Assembly: GCA_963789265.1 (NCBI GenBank)
Contig: CAWBKB010000001.1
Coordinates: forward strand, 1,760,001 to 1,824,000
From: an uncultured delta proteobacterium
Lineage (GTDB): Bacteria > Desulfobacterota > Desulfomonilia > Desulfomonilales > Desulfomonilaceae
Reading direction: 5' to 3'
Length of the DNA: 64,000 nucleotides
Under the pieces are notes generated by a model. That model did not search any database and had not been told where the DNA came from. It saw nothing but the letters and a program-made list of their open reading frames with translations. A program made the position numbers and the translations under genes. Shown piece after piece: positions 19,556 through 29,219 of this stretch (within the stretch, counting starts at the first letter, position 1; every line of letters begins with the position of its first letter).

Positions 19556-20888
19556 CTAGTTGGTCCTCGTCTTAAGAGACCGGTGGGTTGACCGCCGATA
19601 AGCCCACTCCGCGCGACAAACAAATCGGAATCAGAACTACCATGGTAATCAATGCCACCCGGGAGTTTTGGTAAATGTAGACGCAGAGAACTGCCAGCAT
19701 GGCCAGGCATGTGGCCAAGGCCAGAGCCACAATCGCTTTATTTCCTCCGGTCTCTGCGGCCACTCTCAGATGAGCGACATGCACACAGGCATAGATCAAA
19801 AGAAAAGCCCCACTTCCCATCATCGCAATACCGGACAAATCGAAAAACAGAATGAATAAAATCACCAGAGCAGAGGTGACAAAAAGGCCTCCACCGGGGT
19901 TTTGCCGAAATTGCCATGAAAACACGTCAGGCAATTCACCGTCGCGGGCGATCGTGTAACTAACATTGGCCGCGCCAAAAAGGGTTGCATTGATTGCCGA
20001 GGCGGTGGAAAAGAGGGCCCCTACTGCAATCAGTCTGAAACCGAAATTTCCCAGGAACGGCTTTGCGGCTTCAGCCAGAGCATAGTCCTTTGCGCTCAAG
20101 ATTGTTTTAATATCAAGGTTCCCAATCACCGCCACCGATACTGCCACGTATATGAGGATGACGATGATAACGCTCAGGTACAGAGCCGTTGGCAACAATT
20201 TTCGGGGATCGTTCATATCTTCCGCAGCATTTGCCACCAATCCGAATCCTTCGTACCCGATGAAGAGAACACCTGCCCCAAAGAGGATTCCAGGGACCGC
20301 GGGCCATAATGCCGGCGCCAGGTATGCAGGATGAATAAAGAACAGCCCCGCACCAGCGAACAGAAGGAGAATGATTAATTTCACTGCAACGATTAATGTC
20401 TCGGATCCGCCCACCACTCTTGCGCCTATTAGATTAACGCCGGTAAATACCAGTACGATTCCGACACCTATGGCTTTGGGCAACCAAAAGGGCAAGCCTG
20501 ATGGCACGAAAGTCATAGCGTATCCGGAGAATCCTTGCGCATAAAGGGCCAATGCGATCACATAGCCGATCCACATATAAAGGTTGATCCCCCCACTGAG
20601 CACACCGTCGCCGAAGCCCTTCACGAGGAATTCCACAGCGCCTCCTGCGGAAGGATAGCGAGCCCCCAGCTTCGCATAAGAGTAGGTAGAAAGAAGTGCG
20701 ACGGCTCCGCCAATCATAAATGACATCCACATCGCCGTTCCGGAAGCCTCAGCCACAACGCCCAGGATGGAAAAAATTCCGGCACCGATCATTCCGCCGA
20801 TGCCTATGGACATGGCAGCGAAAAGGCCGATCCGGCCTGCAGAAGTATGGCTTTGTTTACCAATTCTAACGCCGGCTCTATCAACCAT
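19556..20888 (-). CDS. APC family amino acid permease (probable frameshift near the C-terminus, ~19612)
   Basis: GIGGMIGAGIF, SYAKLG..PSAGG, YEGFGLVANAAED; many TMs; the more typical end EWAYRRSTHRSLKTRTN is in another frame. Confidence 0.85.
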
Positions 20889-20992
20889 GTGGCACCCCCT
20901 ACTCCAAACTTCGCTTACAATTATTCGGATAATAGTTTATTGCAGTGTTGCGTCTCCACGCAATAGTTTATAAGCTATTTGCAAGCAAGCAA

Positions 20993-21220
20993 ATGCGAAG
21001 ATACAGGGTAATAGTTGAAAAGCACTCCGATTGCTACGTGGCCTACCCCCTCGGGATCAAGGGAGTCGTCGTGGGTCAAGGCGATACCTACGAACAAGCC
21101 CTGTCGGACGTCAAGTCAGCCATTAAGTTTCACATCGAAACTTTTGGCGCAGATGCATTGGCAAACTGCAGCGGGACCTCGGACGAAAGGCGCCCCTTAC
21201 GCTACCCCCGAAAACCCTGA
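20993..21220 (+). CDS. hicB: HicB family antitoxin (orphan, possibly truncated)
   Basis: YRVIVEKHSDCYVAYPLGIKGVVVGQGDTYEQAL; no adjacent hicA. Confidence 0.75.
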   Translation: MRRYRVIVEKHSDCYVAYPLGIKGVVVGQGDTYEQALSDVKSAIKFHIETFGADALANCSGTSDERRPLRYPRKP

Positions 21221-21311
21221 TGTTGCGCGTCGCTTCTCTTGGAGGCCAAAAAAAAACTGTGGTCAAATAACCTAGGAAGGAAATAATCAGGAGATCTTAA
21301 AGATGGGGCAC

Positions 21312-21341
21312 GAGGAAGACCCTGTCGTTAGAGTCTTCCTC
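21312..21341. terminator. Hairpin downstream of rnfB
   Basis: GAGGAAGAC/GTCTTCCTC stem. Confidence 0.4.
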
Positions 21342-21354
21342 TACTATTTCACTC

Positions 21355-22281
21355 TTACGCTTCTGCAGCTTCCTTTTCCGGGACTTCCGCGGCCTTCTTG
21401 GCAGCGGCAGCAGCCTTTTTCGCGGCCTGGTCCGCCTTTATTTCCGCGACTGCCTGCGCTTGCCGCTCAGGATCGGTGTATCGGAAGATAAACTGACGGT
21501 TACAAGCCCACACACACGCTTTGGCCATTCCTTCGTCGAATTTATCGTAGTCGATCTCGATGCGGTCCTTGACCATGTTGACCACATCTTTGGCCTTTCT
21601 CGTGCAGGCCATGCAGTGAATGCACCCGGCTTTGCACACATTGCTCACCGCCTTGCCCGAATCATGGTTGCTGCAAGGAACATACGCAGTCGCATCCTTG
21701 GGAAGCAGTTGCAATACCTGTTTCGGGCAAGTCTTAACGCATATACCGCAACCGGTGCAGGCTTCAGGATCGATTACCGGCATATTGTCTTTCATGTGGA
21801 TAGCGTTGAAGGGGCACGCGGCTTCACAGTCGCCGTAACCGACGCACGCGAAATTGCACTCGTACGGGCCGCCAAACGCTATTGAAGCTGCCTGGCAACT
21901 GTCAAATCCGATGTAGGAATGCTTCCTCTTGACTTCACCGTCGTTCCGAGCACATCGAAGGAAGGAAATCACGCTGCTCGCCGCACCCGCAGCCTTGCCC
22001 GTGATCGCGGCAACCTTTTCCGCCACTTCTTGCTTCCCCGGCGCACACTTACCCGGGGGACAATTGGGATCGACGACACAGGCTTCTGCATACGATTCGC
22101 ACCCGGCGAATCCGCACGCGCCTCAATTAGCTCCAGGCAGACACGCCCTCACTGCCTCGATTTTAGGATTGACCTTTACAGCAAACTGCTTGGCCAACAG
22201 GGCCAGAGCTGCGCCTGTGAGCCCACCGAATACCGCAAAGAATATTGTTCCGATTATCGCTATGAACCAAACATTATCCAT
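21355..22281 (-). CDS. rnfB: Rnf electron transport subunit B, selenoprotein (Sec at TGA 22123-22125)
   Basis: Reading through TGA gives LPGAN-U-GACGFAGC...CAPGK, then ferredoxin motifs; the two ORF-track pieces are in frame; SD GAGGTG. Confidence 0.88.
22081..22122 (-). promoter_or_regulatory. Bacterial SECIS element
   Basis: Directly after UGA: GCGUGC-G-GAUUCGC-CGGGU-GCGAAUC-GUAUGC stem-loop; G-containing apical loop 17 nt from UGA. Confidence 0.8.
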
Positions 22282-22435
22282 GCTATGGCACCTCGAAAAA
22301 ACCGCGTGCTTGTGCCGCGGCATTGTGTGACGAGCGGATTTCAGGCGAATGATTCTCAGGACCGAGAAATTGCCCGCATCGGATCATCATAATCAGTTAA
22401 ACCACCTGAATCAAGTGTCCGGCCTCCAACGGGCT

Positions 22436-23392
22436 CTAAAATATTGAAAGGCCCGAGAAGCCCAGGAAGGCCAACGCGAACAACCCGGTCACTATGAAGG
22501 CAATGGGAAGCCCCTGAAAAGTTGGCGGTACCCGGCTTACCTCGAGTTTCTCTCGAACACAGGACATGAGGAACAGCGCGAGAGCAAAACCAAGCCCCGC
22601 ACCTACGCCAAGGGTCAGGCTGGCAAATGGCCCGTTGCCGCTATCCGCATTTAACAGCGGGACAGCAAGAATGATGCAGTTGGTAACGATCAGTACAAGG
22701 TAGACACCAAACCTTTTAAACAGAAAAGGGTTGACCTTTCTGAGAACTGTATCCGCTGCTTGTACAAAAATCGCCACGGTCCCGATAAACACAATGATTT
22801 TCAAAAAGTCGAGATGTAGTGTCTGCAGGACATAAGAGAAAAGGGCCCAGCACATGATTGAGCTTAACCCAATCACTATGGTGAAGGTGATTCCCATGCC
22901 TATGGCTGTTTCCTTCTTCTGAGAAACTCCGAAGAAGATGCACAATCCCAGATACTTAGTAAACACAAAGTTGTTGATCAGCATCGCCCCAAGGAAGATC
23001 GCGAACAGAACCTGAGTCTGGCTCTTCTTGACCAAAAAACCGACCCGGTTCTTCAGGATCTTGCCGCCGGAAGTGACATCCTTTGCCTCAACTATGTATT
23101 GGCTGGAGAGGTTCAACGGATCCTTGAATTTTAGTATGGCGGTTGTCTTACGAGGGCCGAGCGTGACTGATTCGACCGGGATCTTAATGTCAGGGTTGGG
23201 TTTCTCGTACGTGGAGTAGTTCGACGGATTCTTGGCCCAGGCCTCATCTACGGGAACGCCAAATGAAATTTTTATTTGTTTATCATTCTTGAATGAGCCC
23301 GTCTGAGTAGATTCTGCCAGAAGGGGGCCGCAAATCCAGAGGGATAGAGCCGCAGCTAATACTAGCTTGAGAAGATGCTTCCGTATATGCAT
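22436..23392 (-). CDS. rnfA: Rnf subunit A with N-terminal signal peptide and extra soluble domain
   Basis: NNFVFTKYLGLC, LIVTNCIIL, FQGLPIAFI; ~125-aa N-terminal extension. Confidence 0.88.
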   Translation of the reverse strand: MHIRKHLLKLVLAAALSLWICGPLLAESTQTGSFKNDKQIKISFGVPVDEAWAKNPSNYSTYEKPNPDIKIPVESVTLGPRKTTAILKFKDPLNLSSQYIVEAKDVTSGGKILKNRVGFLVKKSQTQVLFAIFLGAMLINNFVFTKYLGLCIFFGVSQKKETAIGMGITFTIVIGLSSIMCWALFSYVLQTLHLDFLKIIVFIGTVAIFVQAADTVLRKVNPFLFKRFGVYLVLIVTNCIILAVPLLNADSGNGPFASLTLGVGAGLGFALALFLMSCVREKLEVSRVPPTFQGLPIAFIVTGLFALAFLGFSGLSIF

Positions 23393-23393
23393 G

Positions 23394-24014
23394 TCAGTGC
23401 GCTCCTCCCGACCTGGGCAGCTTGCCCGTGATCTTGTATTCAAACCAGTTGAAGGTTGCCATGATGAAGCCGATCACAAAAAAGCCACCGGCAGGCAAAA
23501 TCAACAATAAGAGGGGTCTGAATCCCAGCACGTCATAACCCCAAAGCTGACCGGCCCCGAAAAATTCTCTGATAGCCCCAATTAGAACGAGGCCGAAGCA
23601 AAAGCCTGCGCCCATGCCGACTCCATCCCAAAAAGACGGAACTAGCGGCTCTTTTGATGCAAACAGCTCAAGCCTTGAAATAATGATCGCAAAGACGACT
23701 ATCAATTTGACAAACAGGGCAACCTGTTTGTACACCGCCGGGGAAATGACCGGTAGTATCATATCGATCACTGTGACCCACAAGGCGATCACGATGACGT
23801 AAGCGGGTATTCTGATCCTGGGATGAATCCAGGACTTGAATATCGAAACCGTGCAGCTCGAGAACACTTGGACGAATAGGACCGCGATCCCCAGGAGGAG
23901 GCCGTTCTTGATGGAAGTGGTTACCGCCACGGCAGGGCACAGACTGAGAGCTAATCGGAAGATCGGATTTTCGGGAATTAATCCGTTCCACACAAGTCTT
24001 ACGTTCCGGTTCAC
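23394..24014 (-). CDS. rnfE: Rnf subunit E
   Basis: ENPIFRLALSLCPAVAVT, RIRIPAY, IGAIREFFG, LPAGGF. Confidence 0.92.
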   Translation of the reverse strand: MNRNVRLVWNGLIPENPIFRLALSLCPAVAVTTSIKNGLLLGIAVLFVQVFSSCTVSIFKSWIHPRIRIPAYVIVIALWVTVIDMILPVISPAVYKQVALFVKLIVVFAIIISRLELFASKEPLVPSFWDGVGMGAGFCFGLVLIGAIREFFGAGQLWGYDVLGFRPLLLLILPAGGFFVIGFIMATFNWFEYKITGKLPRSGGAH

Positions 24015-24025
24015 CTTAACCTCCC

Positions 24026-24934
24026 CTAGAATGCAACCCGCACATTTTCTTGCTTGAGAGCGTCGGTTAATATGCCAATCCGATACGCAAACTTTCTGAC
24101 CGTACTCTTTACTCCGCGAGTCACAGCGCGGCTTGATATGGTCGCACCGGTCAAGGCATATATATTCTGTTTTGCGTACTTTTTCTTTGTGTCGCGAATC
24201 TGATCCGGCGTGAGATGCTCCTGCTTGGCTTTCTCGGGCTCAAGAACGCTGAGATAGTCGGCAGGCAACGGCTCTTTTATAACTTTGAGAGTCTTCAAGA
24301 CCTCGAGGGTCTTCCCCACAAATTGATTTCTGAAGTAGCGATGCTCTATTCCCGCTCCCAGCCCAGGATCCTCTTCGGAGGAGATAATAGCCACACCTGT
24401 GACCGCTAATTCCGGGTCAAGGGAAACCATCATCTTGATGAACGTCTTAAAACCCTGTGTCACCCCCGGGATCACATATCCAAGGCGTTTGCCCCCGAGG
24501 TCCGCAATTGACAGGGTTTCCGTGTAGGTGGCCTTGGAGCCTTTAGGCAGGGCTTTCTCGATCGCGGCGTCCCTGGTGCCCTTCTCAGCCAATTCCGCAG
24601 CACTAGCCGAGATGGGGATTATCTTGTCCGGCTCACCCGAGAGGTCGATTTCCACCAGGCCAAATCCCTTTTCCTTAAGCGGAAGCAGGTAGCCCAAGAC
24701 TGTAGTCCCTTTGCTATCTGTGATTACATACCGGTAAACGTCAAAGATTTTGAGGTCATTCGGTATCTTGGTACCGGCGCCGTAGCCGAGGAGGCTCTGA
24801 ACCGTCTCTTTTGTCTGTCTTGCCTCGTTTTCCTTACGCAAGCGTTCCGTCTTGGCGTACACGAAGCCCAATATCGAGGCTGCGGCAAGGCACACTATGG
24901 TCAAACTAGCAGTGATCTTGAGAATATCTTTCAT
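24026..24934 (-). CDS. rnfG: Rnf subunit G (FMN-binding), enlarged
   Basis: N-terminal TM, EEDPGLG, LTGATISSRAV flavinylation motif. Confidence 0.88.
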   Translation of the reverse strand: MKDILKITASLTIVCLAAASILGFVYAKTERLRKENEARQTKETVQSLLGYGAGTKIPNDLKIFDVYRYVITDSKGTTVLGYLLPLKEKGFGLVEIDLSGEPDKIIPISASAAELAEKGTRDAAIEKALPKGSKATYTETLSIADLGGKRLGYVIPGVTQGFKTFIKMMVSLDPELAVTGVAIISSEEDPGLGAGIEHRYFRNQFVGKTLEVLKTLKVIKEPLPADYLSVLEPEKAKQEHLTPDQIRDTKKKYAKQNIYALTGATISSRAVTRGVKSTVRKFAYRIGILTDALKQENVRVAF

Positions 24935-24960
24935 TGAACCCTCTTACGACAGCGGAAGCC

Positions 24961-26022
24961 CTATTTTACGGCCGCGACGGGCGCCTGCTTCGGCGGAGCG
25001 AATCTCTTCGGCTTGAACCATTCATCAAGGGCCGGAGTAAGGCAGTTCATCAGTAAAATGGCGTAGCAAACCCCTTCTGGATAGCCACCTTTAAGGCGAA
25101 TGACCACCGTAAGGACACCTACACCGATACCAAAGACGACCTGAGCGCTCTTGAGCGTGGGAGAAGTGACATAGTCGGTGCACATAAAGAAAGCGCCCAG
25201 CATGAGACCACCTGATAGCATATAAATGAGGGGATGGCCTGTGAACCAAGTCTCTCCGCCGAAGATCCAACTGAGAATACCCACAGTAGCTATAGTCGAA
25301 ACTGGAATATGCCAGGTTATGATACCCCGGGCCAAAAGAAACAGGCCCCCAAGAAGGATCAGCACAGCGGATGTTTCCCCGATGCATCCCGGCCTCAAGC
25401 CGATGAAAAAATTATGATAAATAGTCGAGAGACCTCCGAACTGCTCCGTGAGTGCGTGGAAACCATAATGCCTCAATACGTACAACGGCGTAGCGGTTGA
25501 AACCGCATCCAACCCTTTCACGTAGATGTCCAGAGGAGCTTTTGCCCAGTTCACCGGCGGTATCCAGGCAGAGGTCATATACACAGGAAAGGAGGCAGTG
25601 AGAAGCGCGCGTCCCACAAGAGCGGGGTTCCAAACGTTGAATCCCAGGCCCCCCACCAATTCTTTGTTGATGAAGATTGCGCCGACAGCTCCGATTATCG
25701 GTAGCCAATACGGCACTCCCGGCGGTATCACGAAGGCCATCAAAATGCCGGTTAGAACCGCACTCCCGTCACTGACGGTCACAGCTCTTCCGAGTGCCTT
25801 CGAAGAGATCGCTTCGACCACCACGCACGAGATGACGCTCACAAGGGTGATGAACAGCGCTCTGAGGCCAAAGTTGTAAATGGACAACAGCATTACCGGA
25901 ATCAGGGTCGCGGACACGGTCCACATGATTTCGGCAGTGGTTCTCCCCATTCGTATGTGAGGAGAAACCGAAACAGCCCATTGGGGGCCCAAACTCGGGT
26001 CCCTTTGTTCTAGCGTGTCGAT
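24961..26022 (-). CDS. rnfD: Rnf subunit D
   Basis: SPHIR, GGLGFNVWNPALVGR, STATPL, GCIGETS, FFMCTDYVTSP, GGYPEG; start uncertain (ATC 26022 or TTG 25992). Confidence 0.92.
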   Translation of the reverse strand: MDTLEQRDPSLGPQWAVSVSPHIRMGRTTAEIMWTVSATLIPVMLLSIYNFGLRALFITLVSVISCVVVEAISSKALGRAVTVSDGSAVLTGILMAFVIPPGVPYWLPIIGAVGAIFINKELVGGLGFNVWNPALVGRALLTASFPVYMTSAWIPPVNWAKAPLDIYVKGLDAVSTATPLYVLRHYGFHALTEQFGGLSTIYHNFFIGLRPGCIGETSAVLILLGGLFLLARGIITWHIPVSTIATVGILSWIFGGETWFTGHPLIYMLSGGLMLGAFFMCTDYVTSPTLKSAQVVFGIGVGVLTVVIRLKGGYPEGVCYAILLMNCLTPALDEWFKPKRFAPPKQAPVAAVK

Positions 26023-26118
26023 TTTCCCATCCTCCCTCGGATATATTGATTCAGAAGGGGGGCCGTGCGTTTAGCCACACCCCTCTGTGGATGCAAAGGT
26101 TCCCTAAACCGGCAGCTA

Positions 26119-27444
26119 TCAGCCGTGCTTTTTTATTTGTATTTTGGCCAGCCTGGCAAACTGGACCAACGGACGCTTCGCAGGACATACATACGCACAG
26201 CACCCGCATTCAAAGCAATCAAATACGCCGAATTTCTCAGTCAGGTGCCCCTTGCCTGCTTCCACATAGATTGCTACTTCTTTTGGTAAAAGCCCCATCG
26301 GACAAGCTTCCAAACACCAACCACAATGGATGCACGGCCCATAGGCGCTAACATCCGTCTCTTTCTTATTCAAGAACAACACCCCGGACGTTGTCTTGGT
26401 GATTGGAACGTCCAGCGTAGACATAGCGAATCCCATCATCGGGCCGCCTGAAACTATCTTCAAAAGATCTTTGGTGGTACCGCCCAGATAGGCCACCACA
26501 TCGGAAAGCAGGGTACCGACCTTCACTTTCAGGTTGGCCTGTCGATTTATGGCTCTTCCCGAGATGGTTGCAACTTTCTCATACAAGGGCTTATTCATAG
26601 CGGCGGCTTCAAATACAGCGAGAGTCGTGGAAATATTCTGAACTATCACGCCCACGTCAAACGGAAGGCCACCACCGGGAACTGATCGCTTCGTAAGCGA
26701 GTAAATGAGCTGTTTCTCCGATCCCTGGGGATACTTTACCCTCATGCCCTGAATCGCGACAGTTAAATCATCATAACGTGAAGCATCTTTGGCAGCCTTA
26801 CTCATTGCGTTTATCGCATCAGCTTTGTTCAGCTCTATCCCGATGATCCCGCGTTTTATTCCAAGGATCCTGAGGAGGATCTTGGCCCCCGCCACCACCT
26901 TGTCCGGGTATTCCAGCATGAGCCGATGGTCTGTGGTCAGGTAGGGCTCACATTCTGCACCATTGAGCACTAGAACATCGACCTTCGCGGTAGGGGGAGG
27001 TGAAAGCTTAACATGGGTGGGAAATCCGGCTCCTCCCAGTCCCACTATTCCGGCGTCCTTGACCCGGGCCAAAAGCTGCTCGGGAGTTAATTTACGCCAG
27101 TCCTCCACCTCGTATTTCCTGGGCGGCGCGGCCGGGTCTCGCTCGATGATTACGGCATCACATCGAACCATTGTAGGATGAGGACGAGGCTCTATTGCCT
27201 TTACCACGCCGGTGACGCTGCTGTGAATGGCGGCACCAAGCGCTTTTTCAACCACGCCAATGACCTCCCCCTCCTGCACTTCTTGCTTCTTCTTGACAAC
27301 CGGCTGGGCAATCGCGCCAAAATGCATGGACAAGGGGAGAACGACCTGGTCGGGAGGCGGCATCTCCTCGATCGCAAGATGTTCCGTTAGTTCCTTATGT
27401 TCTGCGGGATGCACCCCGCCTTTGGGGAAAGTCGATCCTGCCAT
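26119..27444 (-). CDS. rnfC: Rnf subunit C
   Basis: GGVHP, GLGGAGFPTHVK, NGAECEPY, YPQGSEK, GGPMMG, two CxxCxxCxxxCP motifs. Confidence 0.95.
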   Translation of the reverse strand: MAGSTFPKGGVHPAEHKELTEHLAIEEMPPPDQVVLPLSMHFGAIAQPVVKKKQEVQEGEVIGVVEKALGAAIHSSVTGVVKAIEPRPHPTMVRCDAVIIERDPAAPPRKYEVEDWRKLTPEQLLARVKDAGIVGLGGAGFPTHVKLSPPPTAKVDVLVLNGAECEPYLTTDHRLMLEYPDKVVAGAKILLRILGIKRGIIGIELNKADAINAMSKAAKDASRYDDLTVAIQGMRVKYPQGSEKQLIYSLTKRSVPGGGLPFDVGVIVQNISTTLAVFEAAAMNKPLYEKVATISGRAINRQANLKVKVGTLLSDVVAYLGGTTKDLLKIVSGGPMMGFAMSTLDVPITKTTSGVLFLNKKETDVSAYGPCIHCGWCLEACPMGLLPKEVAIYVEAGKGHLTEKFGVFDCFECGCCAYVCPAKRPLVQFARLAKIQIKKHG

Positions 27445-27640
27445 GATTCCTCTTTATAGCTGCTTCGCACTTCCCGACTGCACCAAAAGGAACGGGCTCG
27501 ACTCCTCGCGTGTCTCCTGTCCCTGACACGTCGCCGCATGTCGGAAAGATGAGCTCGAGATGATTGTATTTTAAGGCTCTTCCTTATAATGCTGGAGAGC
27601 CGTACGTTCTCCCCCTCCGGGAGATGTAACACAGCCGAAT

Positions 27641-27669
27641 AGGTTAATATCAGGAGCCTCTTCTGTCAA
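27641..27669 (-). promoter_or_regulatory. sigma70-like promoter of the rnf operon
   Basis: TTGACA-17 nt-TAACCT on the minus strand. Confidence 0.55.
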
Positions 27670-27938
27670 GAAATTCTTCGGTTGTCCAGCGTCCTTTCAC
27701 TTACGCGAGGAATCTTCGAGGTTTTGTCGTTGCTGTAGATGTTTTGCTGAATGTAAGTTAATACTCGCGTGCAGCGAGCAGGCAGTTGATGGGACGCCAA
27801 GGAGCCTGCTCCCAGAATGAAATGACACTCGGCTTCCGAGACTGACTACAAAGGTTGCCCAAGATACTATAAAAAGGCTTGCCCTCGGGCCTCCTTTCTC
27901 ATACAAGCACCGGTCAGGGACGGGAGCCGAGGAGAGAC

Positions 27939-28232
27939 ATGAACAAAGATATTGAAGAAGCCATTATGGAGAGAATAAACCGGCCCGGCTGGGTCACAAC
28001 TCGCGGGGTACTCCCGGGCGCTTCCGGGCAATCCGAGGAGGAGGATTACCGCATGGTCGAAGAGGCCATGAAGAGGCTCGCGGAAGAAGGTCTGGTTACT
28101 CTGTGGCGTCTGGCGCTTGAAAATGAGCCGGTTGAACTGCTGGCTGCTGCCAAACCTGGCTTTGAGCTGGATAAGGACCTGGAGCAGAGAGGCGCGGCCG
28201 CCAGAGCCCAGAAGTACGTGCCGACGCTCTGA
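27939..28232 (+). CDS. Hypothetical protein
   Basis: SD GAGGAG, 97-aa ORF with protein-like composition. Confidence 0.65.
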   Translation: MNKDIEEAIMERINRPGWVTTRGVLPGASGQSEEEDYRMVEEAMKRLAEEGLVTLWRLALENEPVELLAAAKPGFELDKDLEQRGAAARAQKYVPTL

Positions 28233-28415
28233 TACTGCCTCGCTCCGCAGATCGGATTAGAAACACCGTGATTATCGGTCGGCTAGTGAGGCGCCTATGG
28301 CCCCTTGCAAAAGCCCTGATATGGTCGGAAGCCCGAAACCTCGCTAGACTCTGGGCCGACTCCGACGCGGATGGGAGGGACGTATCGTCCGGCCGGTCAC
28401 GAGACGCTCCACACC

Positions 28416-28937
28416 ATGAAACTTCTATTTGATCGCGACATCTACGAAGGGTTCACCGAAGCTCATTTGGTTAAAGCAAGACGTTTCGTGTGGATCTCTA
28501 CCGCGAACATAAAAGCGACCGGCCTACGGTACCGCGGAGGTTTCTTTTCTTTCGTGGACTTCATGGCCTCGCTGGTTAACCAGGGGGTGTCATTCCGAGT
28601 AATTCACGCGGAACTTCCTTCAAATCCCTTTCGTGAGCGTTACGAGCAGATAGATTCCAGAGGACAGCTCAGTGCCGGTGTCGAGTTCCTCCACTGCATC
28701 CGAATGCATGCGAAGATATTTATTGTCGACGGCCGGATCGCCCTCGTGGGTAGCCCGAATTTGACGGGCGCGGGAATCGGCGCGAAGGGCAAGGCAAAGC
28801 GTAACTTCGAGGTTGCTTTCCTGTTCGAAGAGCAAAAAGAAACAGAACCATACATGGAATACTTTGATTACGTATGGATGGGGGGGCCGTGCCCGGACTG
28901 CGGCCTGCGCCATCTTTGTCCGGCCCCGGTAGGCTGA
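28416..28937 (+). CDS. Phospholipase D-like (HKD) nuclease-family protein with Cys-rich tail
   Basis: MHAKIFIVD..GSPNLTG..RNFE; C-terminal CPDCGLRHLCP. Confidence 0.8.
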   Translation: MKLLFDRDIYEGFTEAHLVKARRFVWISTANIKATGLRYRGGFFSFVDFMASLVNQGVSFRVIHAELPSNPFRERYEQIDSRGQLSAGVEFLHCIRMHAKIFIVDGRIALVGSPNLTGAGIGAKGKAKRNFEVAFLFEEQKETEPYMEYFDYVWMGGPCPDCGLRHLCPAPVG

Positions 28938-29042
28938 TAACGCGGCCACGGGGGAAATGAGTCCCGGCAATTCCGGACAATTGATGCCGACTTCGCATTC
29001 AAAATCCCCTCTTCTCCACTTTACTAAAGTTGGGTTAGAGGG

Positions 29043-29219
29043 CATAGGTGTTAAAGTAGCTCCGCGGGCCGAGGGTTTTCCCCCCTTTCTTAAAGGGGGG
29101 CAGGGGGGATTTTGGGATAACTAGTTGAAAATCCCCCTTTACAAAAGGGGGACTTTGAATGCCTGTCAGTCATCTGGAGTGCTCAATACCAAGCAGCCAA
29201 CTCTATTTTAACGCCTGTG
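29043..29219. mobile_element. MITE family C (IS4/IS231-like ends), copy 1
   Basis: TIR CATAGGTGTTAA / TTAACGCCTGTG; 12-bp flanks TGGGTTAGAGGG / GGGGTTAGAGGG; cargo of CCCCCTTT..AAAGGGGG palindromes. Confidence 0.75.

Noticed and set aside
21355..22323. rnfB as a split pseudogene
   Set aside because: The stop falls on a conserved Cys and is followed by a SECIS-like hairpin, so Sec decoding is the better explanation.
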